IMG/VR virus record: IMGVR_UViG_3300028048_002144
Source: a virus
Lineage: Duplodnaviria; Caudoviricetes
Length of the DNA stretch: 64,000 bases
Strand: one strand, 5' to 3'
Positions within the stretch are counted from its first letter, which is position 1, and every line of letters starts with the position of its first letter. The notes below the pieces were generated by a model that ran no database searches, was not told the origin of the DNA, and saw only the letters and a list, made by a program, of their open reading frames with translations. Below, piece by piece: positions 47,892 to 56,500 of the stretch. Both the position numbers and the translations under genes were made by a program.

Positions 47892-48261
47892 CTATTTCTT
47901 AGCAGGATACCTCGATTTTTATAAGTCAAGAATCCCCTACGTCTCCTTTCTGTAAATTACTGATATGTTTATTGCTATAAGCCGGTACATACCAACCGTA
48001 ATGCAGCCTTCGCCAATGTTATTATGAGGTTTTTGTAAGCAACACTGTTCCTACCCATCAGAACTGTTTAATCACTTACCTTAGAGCTACAGACTAGGCT
48101 GTACATCCGTAGGTAACTATACATGACAATGAAACTGCTAATGTTTCATTGTATATTCTCATATAACGTAGTCAGTTAAGACTTAGGCTAGTCAATTAAG
48201 GCTTTTACAAGCCTCCACTTCAATGATTATGAAATAATCGTAAGTGGTGGGTTATTGACAT
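47892..48261 (-). mobile_element. ORF-less IscB-type element with full-length omegaRNA (HEARO-like)
   Basis: GTCAATAACCC...GGCTTG...TTGACTAGCCTAAG...CTACGTT...CCTACGGATG...CCTAGTCTGTAGCTCT...AACATTGGCGAAGG; RBS GAAAGGAG runs straight into right-end hairpin. Confidence 0.8.
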
Positions 48262-48367
48262 ATAATTTCCTTTTAGTTTTTGTTTACATTTTTAATATGA
48301 CAGATGTATATTTTTATATTTGGGCATGAAAAAAGACCGTTATTTTAAACGGTCTTTTATTAAAATA

Positions 48368-48706
48368 TTAACTTCTATATGTTGCAGCAAAGAATCCTAT
48401 TAAAATATTATCATCTCTCATCACCTCATAATTTGTTTCTTTGTAATAAGTGTCCTGTGTCAACCAATCGGTATATATTCGATAGATAATCCTGGCTATT
48501 TTAAAACTTCTTTCATCTACTGATAAGTCTTTATAAGTATTCGATGATCCAAATTCTTCGTTCCAAATCTTATCTACTAATTTCTCTGCTCGATCAGATT
48601 CAGACATATCAGTATCAAAAAGAAATAAATTAAGCAGTTTTCTTTTGCATCTTGTTTCGCTCATACCATTAAGTTTTAAATACACAGTGCTGGTCACTAA
48701 TCCCAT
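48368..48706 (-). CDS. hypothetical protein
   Basis: 112 aa, coupled to upstream gene. Confidence 0.65.
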   Translation of the reverse strand: MGLVTSTVYLKLNGMSETRCKRKLLNLFLFDTDMSESDRAEKLVDKIWNEEFGSSNTYKDLSVDERSFKIARIIYRIYTDWLTQDTYYKETNYEVMRDDNILIGFFAATYRS

Positions 48707-49059
48707 AGCTTCCTAACCTCCAATTCTTTTCCATGCTCCATTAAGTATGGTTTAATATCATGAATAAGCTTAACAGCGTTTTCTTCTAATAGATTTATGC
48801 TTGCAAATGCGATAGATTTTTCATCACAGCTTTCTAAAACAAGATAATATTCTCTCTTACAAGAAAATATTGTTGTTCTAATATTCTTATATCTAGGTTC
48901 TGTTTTGATGGTTTCGTTTATCGAAATTAAATCAAACAGGTTGCCTTTAAATATAAAGCGATGAACTTCTTTGTTATTGACACGAGTATTTACTTTTTCG
49001 TTTTTAATTTCTTCTTTTGTAGAAGAATTAAAATCTTTAGGCGAAAATGTATAGTCCAT
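48697..49059 (-). CDS. stand-alone MecA C-terminal-domain-like protein
   Basis: RFIF..LFDLISI...TTIFSCKREYYLVL...INLLEE...YLMEHGK resembles MecA ClpC-binding domain. Confidence 0.6.
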   Translation of the reverse strand: MDYTFSPKDFNSSTKEEIKNEKVNTRVNNKEVHRFIFKGNLFDLISINETIKTEPRYKNIRTTIFSCKREYYLVLESCDEKSIAFASINLLEENAVKLIHDIKPYLMEHGKELEVRKLWD

Positions 49060-49087
49060 CTATTTTCCTTTCTATTTTAGGTTATTC

Positions 49088-49561
49088 TTACAATTCATCC
49101 GCAAGATATTCAAATTCACATCTTACTAGATTTTCTTTAGTGAATTCATAAGATGTATAACCCTGCTCTACTAATTTCGTATCAGTTAGTGGTGTATTAG
49201 CTTCATGGATCAGCTCTACATCTCTCTGTTCTAACATTTGATTACCTCTTTCGCAATCAAGATAAGAAAAAGCTAATTTGAAATAATTCTTTTCCAAGTC
49301 CTTAAGCTCCTCTTTCTTACCTAACTCAATTAGAGCAATCTTTGCCCAAATGCCAAAATAAGTTAGATTACAGATAAATGCGTTTCTTCCAGTTCCAGAA
49401 AAACCAAGTTCGCTATATGAATAATCATCTTCATCTTCTAGGTTTAATGCAAAGCTATATTCACCAATTTCCTGCGTATCTTTTATAATTGTCCAGAATT
49501 TCTTTAGATCCATAGTTGTCTTAACTTCTACTTCTCCATAACAATCAGATAGATTTGCCAT
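49088..49561 (-). CDS. acidic hypothetical protein
   Basis: 157 aa, AGGAG RBS. Confidence 0.7.
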   Translation of the reverse strand: MANLSDCYGEVEVKTTMDLKKFWTIIKDTQEIGEYSFALNLEDEDDYSYSELGFSGTGRNAFICNLTYFGIWAKIALIELGKKEELKDLEKNYFKLAFSYLDCERGNQMLEQRDVELIHEANTPLTDTKLVEQGYTSYEFTKENLVRCEFEYLADEL

Positions 49562-49562
49562 T

Positions 49563-49832
49563 TTATTTTCTCCTTCTTTTTGCTTCTACTTTTTCTTTAT
49601 AATCTCCAAAGCTTACTCGTAGTCTTTTTGTCAGCTTATTTGCTATATAGACTACAATTCCCTTGCAGCCATTCTCTTTTAGCTTCTTTTTCAGTTCATC
49701 AAGTCCATAACCACATTCATTACGAGACAAATTCCTCGTCTTATCCCAGGCTTCTCTCTTACTATTAGCTATCATAGTGATACTATTTATCTCTTTCGTT
49801 TCTTTGTCCTCAAAATCAATTGCATATAACAT
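49563..49832 (-). CDS. hypothetical protein
   Basis: 89 aa, AAGGAG RBS. Confidence 0.65.
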   Translation of the reverse strand: MLYAIDFEDKETKEINSITMIANSKREAWDKTRNLSRNECGYGLDELKKKLKENGCKGIVVYIANKLTKRLRVSFGDYKEKVEAKRRRK

Positions 49833-49858
49833 GTTTTTCTCCTTTTAAATTTAGATAC

Positions 49859-50245
49859 TTACATTGAAAGCATTATTACTGACTGCTTAATATGTTCAAT
49901 ACAATTACTGTAGTAGCATTTATTAGGGTTTAATCTACTTACTCTTATTTTCGTTTTTGCTCCCATATCATTAATTGATGATAAAGAGTCTCTTACCTCT
50001 TCAATATATGTTTTGTCTTTTACGGTATATTTCATCACAGGGTAATAAAGCGAATATGAATAAGTGTTCCCATCTACATTTTCTCCAGAATGGTCTTCTC
50101 TCTTAACTTCAACAAGTTCAGCTTCTGTCTTATGTGTAGTGAACAGTCTTATAAAATGCATTATTCCTAAAAATATGCTAGTAAGAATCTGTGCAGGGAA
50201 TGCCATACAAAGTATTGCTGCAATAATTATCATTACTATTATCAT
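49859..50245 (-). CDS. DUF3592-like membrane protein
   Basis: TM then AELVEV...YYPVMKYTV...YIEE pattern. Confidence 0.55.
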   Translation of the reverse strand: MIIVMIIIAAILCMAFPAQILTSIFLGIMHFIRLFTTHKTEAELVEVKREDHSGENVDGNTYSYSLYYPVMKYTVKDKTYIEEVRDSLSSINDMGAKTKIRVSRLNPNKCYYSNCIEHIKQSVIMLSM

Positions 50246-50571
50246 TTGTTTTCTCCTTTCAAACTTTAAAATTCTAGTATTAATATGAATGAAAAATACA
50301 AAAAAATACCCAGGAGCTTCGCTCCCAGGTATTTATGTTTGATTAAAAACATAACCATTCATCCGCTATCTCATAAATAGCTTCTTTTAAGTCTTCTATG
50401 AATTCTCTCATCTGTTCTTAATTTCCTTTTTCTTTTCTTCCCACTTTCTTTCCTGCTCTTCGGTCATTACTACACAGTATGTTCCGACTTGTGATCTTAA
50501 AACATCAGAACCAACTACCTCTGCACATACCGTAGCAAGTTTTAGTGTGGGGAATGATGTTATTGTTATCA

Positions 50572-50775
50572 TTATTCTTCCTCATAATCTACATATATCT
50601 CTACGTAGATACCATCTTCATCAATTGCCTTTAAATAGATAACCGTATTCTCGTTATATTTAGCATCTATCGAGTCTTTACCGTTATATTTACCGATAAT
50701 CTTTCCATTCTGATCTCCGAGTGTGATGTTTAGATTTTCATTTAATCCAAACAGCATTTCTAATGTAATTTCCAT
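50572..50775 (-). CDS. small acidic protein
   Basis: 67 aa, AGGAGG RBS. Confidence 0.65.
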   Translation of the reverse strand: MEITLEMLFGLNENLNITLGDQNGKIIGKYNGKDSIDAKYNENTVIYLKAIDEDGIYVEIYVDYEEE

Positions 50776-50784
50776 CTAAACCTC

Positions 50785-51012
50785 CTATAGACTATGAATC
50801 TTATCTGATGTATATTCTGATCCGAACAACATCTTCTGACATTCAACACAATATCCAGTCTTTATAAACTCCCTTTCTATAGGATTCAATTCTGGAAATA
50901 CTCTCTGAATGAGTTCAGTACCGTTCATATATCTATCGTATTTTTCTATATCTACAGGCATTGAATTTGCTTTACCACATAGTGGGCAACGCTTTACTAT
51001 TTTTTTCTCCAT
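50785..51012 (-). CDS. small Zn-ribbon protein
   Basis: CPLC...CVEC; AAGGAG RBS. Confidence 0.7.
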   Translation of the reverse strand: MEKKIVKRCPLCGKANSMPVDIEKYDRYMNGTELIQRVFPELNPIEREFIKTGYCVECQKMLFGSEYTSDKIHSL

Positions 51013-51025
51013 ATTCTTTCTCCTT

Positions 51026-51676
51026 CTATGCTGCAGTTATCATCCAATCAAGTCCCAATGTTTCAGATGATAGCAAGGCCTTAAATTTAATCTCTATTTC
51101 TTCTTTTTCTTCTACACAAAATTCATACATACAATCTATAAAATATTCGGTACCAGAAATTGCATCTAGTGCCTGCTCTAGTAGTTCGTCTTCTATCTGA
51201 AGGAAAGCACTGGCATTTTTTCGGTTATATAATCCTGCTAAATAGAAAATTCTAAGATTAGGATTATATGTGTTGCAAACTTTATAGAGTTTTGTATTAA
51301 TCTTGCCGGATCTGATTCCCTGGTCTAATACTTTTCTGGATATCTGATAACAGCCATGCATATTCTCACAGGAATCATCTTCGTCTACATATTCCTCTAC
51401 AATATCTTCGGGAATATCGAATTCGAAATAGCAAATACAACTTTCTTTTGAGTTAGTTAGTGCTGCAGCTATCTGCGCTGATTCTACTGTTTCAATCAAT
51501 ACTTCATATTCATCTTCATCATCAGAATCATAGTTACTAGAAAAATCTTCTCCTTTTCGCATATACAACATATCTTCATCTGATACGTCCCAGATAGTTT
51601 TTACTTCGCCTAGGAAACTACCTTTTTCTTTTATCTTCATAGCATTCTCATATGCTGTTCCATGATAAAACTTCAT
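51026..51676 (-). CDS. acidic protein with N-terminal YHGT (ADP-ribosyltransferase-like) motif
   Basis: MKFYHGT...IKEKG. Confidence 0.5.
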   Translation of the reverse strand: MKFYHGTAYENAMKIKEKGSFLGEVKTIWDVSDEDMLYMRKGEDFSSNYDSDDEDEYEVLIETVESAQIAAALTNSKESCICYFEFDIPEDIVEEYVDEDDSCENMHGCYQISRKVLDQGIRSGKINTKLYKVCNTYNPNLRIFYLAGLYNRKNASAFLQIEDELLEQALDAISGTEYFIDCMYEFCVEEKEEIEIKFKALLSSETLGLDWMITAA

Positions 51677-51801
51677 TTTTGACTCTCCTTTCTGTCTTTA
51701 AAATTTCATTTAGAATATGAAAGATTTTTATATATAAAAACACCACCCTGCTCTCATAACGAGATTAGGATGGTGTTATTTTTGTAGTTATTCTTATTTA
51801 C

Positions 51802-52491
51802 TTAATTCTTTAGGTTGCCAACAGTCCACTCTGTCACATCATTAGGTTCGTTACCAACAACGACACGAATAATGGCTGCATATGTTCCGTCATCAGAGAT
51901 CTTAAAGAAGACATTTTCTCCTTCAATTTTTTCATTCTCTTCAAGTTCGATTCTTTTCTCTTCCTCAAACTGTCTTCTGAGTTCTGCTACAGCTTCTTCT
52001 TCTGTATCAAAGAGCCATACAGGAACTTCGGAATCAAAAGAGTAATGAACAACAAGGGGATATAAATCCCTCTTAGATATCTGTTTGGATTCATCGAAAT
52101 CTTCTGGGAAGGTAACTCCAGCAGCATTATATAGGCAATCAAATATATCAAAGCCTATTTCATTGCCACAAGTATCTAAGCCACCGTCATCGCCAACAGC
52201 GACAAGTTTCCAGGCGTAATCTTCTTCATCTACATCTTCATCAAGTGTAGCGATAAATTCTTCATCGAATTTATTAAGAACGGCCATGAAACGTTGTTCA
52301 TCCTTATACCAGTATGGCTCCCATTTCATATACCACTTGTAAATAGTTGTACCATCAGAAAGAGTCTTACGAGCCTGGGGATCAAAATTATCTCCTACTG
52401 TATCGCTTCTATGTTCTGACTTAATAAATTCATCAATCGCTTCTGTTACTTTTCTTCCAGTCTGAAGACCAATGTTGTACCACTGTCCCAT
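51802..52491 (-). CDS. highly acidic hypothetical protein
   Basis: 229 aa, D/E-rich, AAGGAG RBS. Confidence 0.7.
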   Translation of the reverse strand: MGQWYNIGLQTGRKVTEAIDEFIKSEHRSDTVGDNFDPQARKTLSDGTTIYKWYMKWEPYWYKDEQRFMAVLNKFDEEFIATLDEDVDEEDYAWKLVAVGDDGGLDTCGNEIGFDIFDCLYNAAGVTFPEDFDESKQISKRDLYPLVVHYSFDSEVPVWLFDTEEEAVAELRRQFEEEKRIELEENEKIEGENVFFKISDDGTYAAIIRVVVGNEPNDVTEWTVGNLKN

Positions 52492-52510
52492 ATTTTCTAT
52501 TCTCCTTTTC

Positions 52511-52795
52511 TTATTCTTCTACAAATTCTGGGAAGTCGATTAAGAGATTTTTATTCATCTCATCGAGTTCTTCTACTTCCTCTTTAGTGAATCCTACTTC
52601 CTCTGTCAAGTAATCGAAGAATTCTTCTTTACTCATCGGGGAAGCTTTACTAGATACAATCTCAAAGATCTTCTGTAGCGGATCATCTGCAATGTATGTA
52701 AACAAGATTTCCTCTGCAGTAAGATCTAATGTCTCATATGCTTTTACCGTGAGATTTTTAGCTAATCTCTCTTTTCTTTCTTTGTTTAAACCCAT
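52511..52795 (-). CDS. acidic hypothetical protein
   Basis: 94 aa, GAGG RBS. Confidence 0.7.
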   Translation of the reverse strand: MGLNKERKERLAKNLTVKAYETLDLTAEEILFTYIADDPLQKIFEIVSSKASPMSKEEFFDYLTEEVGFTKEEVEELDEMNKNLLIDFPEFVEE

Positions 52796-52806
52796 ATATC
52801 TACCTC

Positions 52807-53079
52807 TTATTCTTTACTTGCCTTCTCTACTTTTTCAGATACTTCCTGCAAGTTATACCAGAGAAGAATCTCTACTGCCTTATCTAATCCAGCTTTAAAT
52901 TCATCTGTACCAGAAATGTATGCGTACATTAAGTCTTCATACATGGTATGTGTTGTTGTTGCAGGATCTGTTAGTAGCTCTGACATTACTTCTGGAGCCT
53001 TATTACCTATTCGGTCCAAAAAGGCGTTTAATTCGCTTCGATCCATGTCTTTTATCTGTTTCATGTTATCTCCTTTCAC
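52807..53079 (-). CDS. acidic hypothetical protein (likely start MKQIK)
   Basis: AAAGGAG RBS, promoter motif at ~53100. Confidence 0.7.
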   Translation of the reverse strand: MKGDNMKQIKDMDRSELNAFLDRIGNKAPEVMSELLTDPATTTHTMYEDLMYAYISGTDEFKAGLDKAVEILLWYNLQEVSEKVEKASKE

Positions 53080-53271
53080 TTTTTAAAAATTCATATAGAA
53101 TATGAATGATTTTTAGATGATTTTTTAAGAGTAAATGGGAAGGTTAAATGGATTATTATTAAATGACTGCTTGGGAGTTTAGATTATGTAGGCAGCAGCT
53201 AAAATATTAATAATAAAAAAATACCCTAGCTTTATAGCTAAGGTATTTTATGATTACTTATTAGATTTAGA

Positions 53272-53934
53272 TTATTCATTAGATTTTTCTTCTGATTCAG
53301 AATCTTTTTTACCAAATATCTTCTTCCATTCTTTAAATGCTGTATGGTAGATATCATCATCAAAGAGTAATGGTGACATAGTAAATCGGACCATATATGA
53401 GTCTTCATGTCCATATAATAGTTCATCCACATGCATTTTATCTTCCCAGAAACTTTTATAACACTCTGACTTTCTCCAATACTCTACCTGTTCATCTGTA
53501 GAAATGTCTTCTTCATCGAGCCAATCGTGTTTCTCTAACAGTTGTTCTTTTGTCATCGTTTTAAATGGTTCTGCGTATTCTGGAAAACCAAGATTGTCAT
53601 AACACTCCCAGTCATAATCCTGATCACATGAGTTCTGATAATGCCACTCCATCGGGAATAGTGAGTTCATCTCTTTAATATAATCAGTTCCTACAATGCA
53701 AAACAATTTTAAAGATGGGTAATACACAAAACGGAATGTAAACATCTTTCTTAAAATATCAATGAGACTAGAAGCGCTTTCGATACGCTTTGGATCACGA
53801 TACGTAAATGGAGTATTTTCTTTTATGTACTCTCTCATATTTTTACATGCAGCATCACAAAATGATTGTGCAATCGGATATATATCTTCCTGCTTCTCTA
53901 CCTTTACCATTGACAGTGCTATATATTCGCTCAT
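53272..53934 (-). CDS. hypothetical protein
   Basis: 220 aa, AAAGGAG RBS, promoter motif at ~53972. Confidence 0.75.
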   Translation of the reverse strand: MSEYIALSMVKVEKQEDIYPIAQSFCDAACKNMREYIKENTPFTYRDPKRIESASSLIDILRKMFTFRFVYYPSLKLFCIVGTDYIKEMNSLFPMEWHYQNSCDQDYDWECYDNLGFPEYAEPFKTMTKEQLLEKHDWLDEEDISTDEQVEYWRKSECYKSFWEDKMHVDELLYGHEDSYMVRFTMSPLLFDDDIYHTAFKEWKKIFGKKDSESEEKSNE

Positions 53935-54044
53935 TTTTTCTCCTTTCAGGTCTTAGTATTTGTTATCTGTAATATGAATTATTTTTAGCGAGTTTTATAT
54001 AGGCCTATATAGGCAAGGGCAAGAGAAAAGATATTTATATACGT

Positions 54045-54505
54045 ATAGAATAATATCTTTATACAGATAGAGATACTGCTCTTATATAAGCAGGGGAATA
54101 ACATTCTTATATAGGCAAGGAATAATATATCTATACAAGCAGATAATAATATTCTTATATAAATAAAGGATAATACGCCTACACCAGTAAGGATAATATG
54201 CTTATAAGGGTGAGAAATATCTTTTATTACCTATAATCTGGTATATATTGAATATCTTTAAATTTATTTTTGTTACATTTATTACCTATATACTGATAAC
54301 AAAAGTAAATTATTTTTCTTTTAGCTTGGGAATTACTATTCTTTTAATTACCTTTATACTGGTATTAAACTTATGGAAAAATATATTTATAGTGGGGCGA
54401 AGATATTCTTTTTATTACCCATATACTGATAATATTTATTGGCATTTTAAGGATTTTCTTCTTCGTAAAGTGATTTTTTATTACCTATATATTGATAATT
54501 TATGT
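54045..54505. repeat. two degenerate repeat arrays upstream of relaxase (candidate oriT region)
   Basis: ~24-bp TATATAGGCAAGGAATAATATTCT-like tandem units, then five ATTACCTATATACTGATAA-like sites spaced 55/66/67/66 bp. Confidence 0.55.
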
Positions 54506-54993
54506 ATTCGCTGCGTTTATTTATATTGCCCAGGAGACAGATATGTATGGGTGTGCGAGGATATATTAATAGACGTATGTGGGCGTATATGCTCTTTTAG
54601 GCCTGTATTAGCTTTATATGGGCCGGAATGGGTATTAAGTGGTGAACGGGTTAGATATTCTTTTGATAGGCGAATATAGATGATTTAGGGTGACTAGAAG
54701 TATTGTTGGAGGTGGGATAAGTATTATTAGGGTTGAGAAAAGTATTATTAGGGTTAGAACGGGTATATCTATGCATCTCAGGAGAAGTAATGGCTATGAT
54801 GATGGCAGAAATAGTGGCTTATGGTTATATCATATTTATTCTCTTATTCATAACCGAAGGGTATTCGTTTTTAATCATATGAGAAGTAATATTTATGGAG
54901 AAGTGTATGATATACTACACTTCATTAAAGTGTAACACTTTTAATTTGTCATATTATATTTACAACGAATTAAATAGAAAAGAGGTAAATATT

Positions 54994-56064
54994 ATGGCTA
55001 ATACATTTGTTGTTAAAATAGAGAAGGCAAAATCCAACAGAACTAAATCTGTTGGAAGTATTGCACGAAGATATGAACATAATTTAAGGACTACTCATGT
55101 CCCTGCTAACGTAGATCCGGAGCTTTCATATCTTAACAGAACACTTATAGAACTCCCAAATGGGAAATCATATAGTGACGTATACGAGGAGGCTATAGCA
55201 GAATGTTATAAGAATGGTACTATGTCTGGGAAAATCAGAAAAGATGCAGTTCTAGCCTGCGAATGTGTAATCAATCTAAATATATCGAAAGATGAAAATA
55301 TAGATTATGAAAAGTGGGCTAAAGACAGTACAGAATGGCTGAAAGAAACCTTTGGTGAAAATAACGTTAAATCAGCTGTTTTACATATGGACGAATCCAC
55401 TGGTCCTCATATTCATGCTTTTATAGTGCCGATTAATGAAAAAGGCAGATTGAGTTACAAATCCTTTATTGATGGTAAGAAGGATTTATCTTCTTTACAA
55501 ACCCAATATGCTGAAAAGGTAGGACACAAATACAATTTAGAGCGTGGACAAAAGTATTCTAATATAAAAGCCCAGACTATGTATCAATTTAAAAATGCTA
55601 CTATAGGGAAGGCGCTTATTAAAGAAGAGGATTATAAGCCTAGAGAAGAAGAATTAACCAGAGATAATACTATTACTTATGATTATGTAGATCGTATTAA
55701 GGAAGTCGCCCAAACAGAACGATTCCAGCATTTAGATGAAATGAATAAGCTTATTCAAAAAAGTAGTGATGAACAAGCTATCCTTCGTCAGCAAATTGAA
55801 GAACTAAATTTACAGAATATGTTACTTCGCAATCAGCATGAAAAAGAACGTGAAGATAAAACTAAATTAAAATATATCCTAGAAAAAGACGATATATCAT
55901 TTGCAGAAGCTATTAAAATGATAAAAAGCTTTAAGTACCTACAAAATGGATTAAAACTAAAAGAAAATGCTGAAATAAAAGAACAGGTTAATAACATTAT
56001 AAAGTCAGAAAGAAATAAATCTAAAAACAAGGAAAAAGAAATTGACAAAAAATTAGGTCTTTAA
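54994..56064 (+). CDS. mobV: MobV/Pre relaxase
   Basis: EHNLR, NVDPELSYLN, IRKDAV, FGENNVKSAVLHMDESTGPHIH; C-terminal coiled coil. Confidence 0.9.
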   Translation: MANTFVVKIEKAKSNRTKSVGSIARRYEHNLRTTHVPANVDPELSYLNRTLIELPNGKSYSDVYEEAIAECYKNGTMSGKIRKDAVLACECVINLNISKDENIDYEKWAKDSTEWLKETFGENNVKSAVLHMDESTGPHIHAFIVPINEKGRLSYKSFIDGKKDLSSLQTQYAEKVGHKYNLERGQKYSNIKAQTMYQFKNATIGKALIKEEDYKPREEELTRDNTITYDYVDRIKEVAQTERFQHLDEMNKLIQKSSDEQAILRQQIEELNLQNMLLRNQHEKEREDKTKLKYILEKDDISFAEAIKMIKSFKYLQNGLKLKENAEIKEQVNNIIKSERNKSKNKEKEIDKKLGL

Positions 56065-56114
56065 TAAAATAGCTTTATTATCAAAAAACAAAATAAAAGA
56101 AAGGTTATGAAGAA

Positions 56115-56420
56115 ATGGAGAAAGTAGATTTACAATTAACTGTTTTTGATAATCATATTCATTTAGAAAATCTTGATACTACTAAAAAAATCATATTATT
56201 TAGACCACATACATATTCAATTGATATTTTCACTAAGGTAACGCCAGGAAAGAAATTTAGATACTTATATGATGTCACAGGGTCCGATATGGATATTTAT
56301 GACGATGGATTAGTTGAATTATTTAAAATGAACAATATATCCTCGGAAACGTATTTATATTCAAACGATATAGGTATATATGTAATGGCTCTACCTAAAG
56401 AAAAAATCATAGCAAATTAA
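56115..56420 (+). CDS. hypothetical protein
   Basis: 101 aa downstream of mobV, terminator follows. Confidence 0.6.
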   Translation: MEKVDLQLTVFDNHIHLENLDTTKKIILFRPHTYSIDIFTKVTPGKKFRYLYDVTGSDMDIYDDGLVELFKMNNISSETYLYSNDIGIYVMALPKEKIIAN

Positions 56421-56431
56421 AACAAAAAAAA

Positions 56432-56465
56432 GAAAAAGCTAGGAGTTAATCTCCTAGCTTTTCTT
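56432..56465. terminator. bidirectional terminator
   Basis: GAAAAAGCTAGGAG-loop-CTCCTAGCTTTTC. Confidence 0.75.
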
Positions 56466-56500
56466 TTATCTAAGTATTATTTAATATCTTACTTAATATC

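Noticed and set aside
54220-54505. CRISPR array (66-bp period)
   Set aside because: Repeats poorly conserved, no palindrome or GAAA(C/G) end, no cas genes; kept only as a repeat
54248-54935. 143-aa and 81-aa + strand ORFs
   Set aside because: Overlap repeat arrays, TTG/GTG starts without RBS, atypical composition
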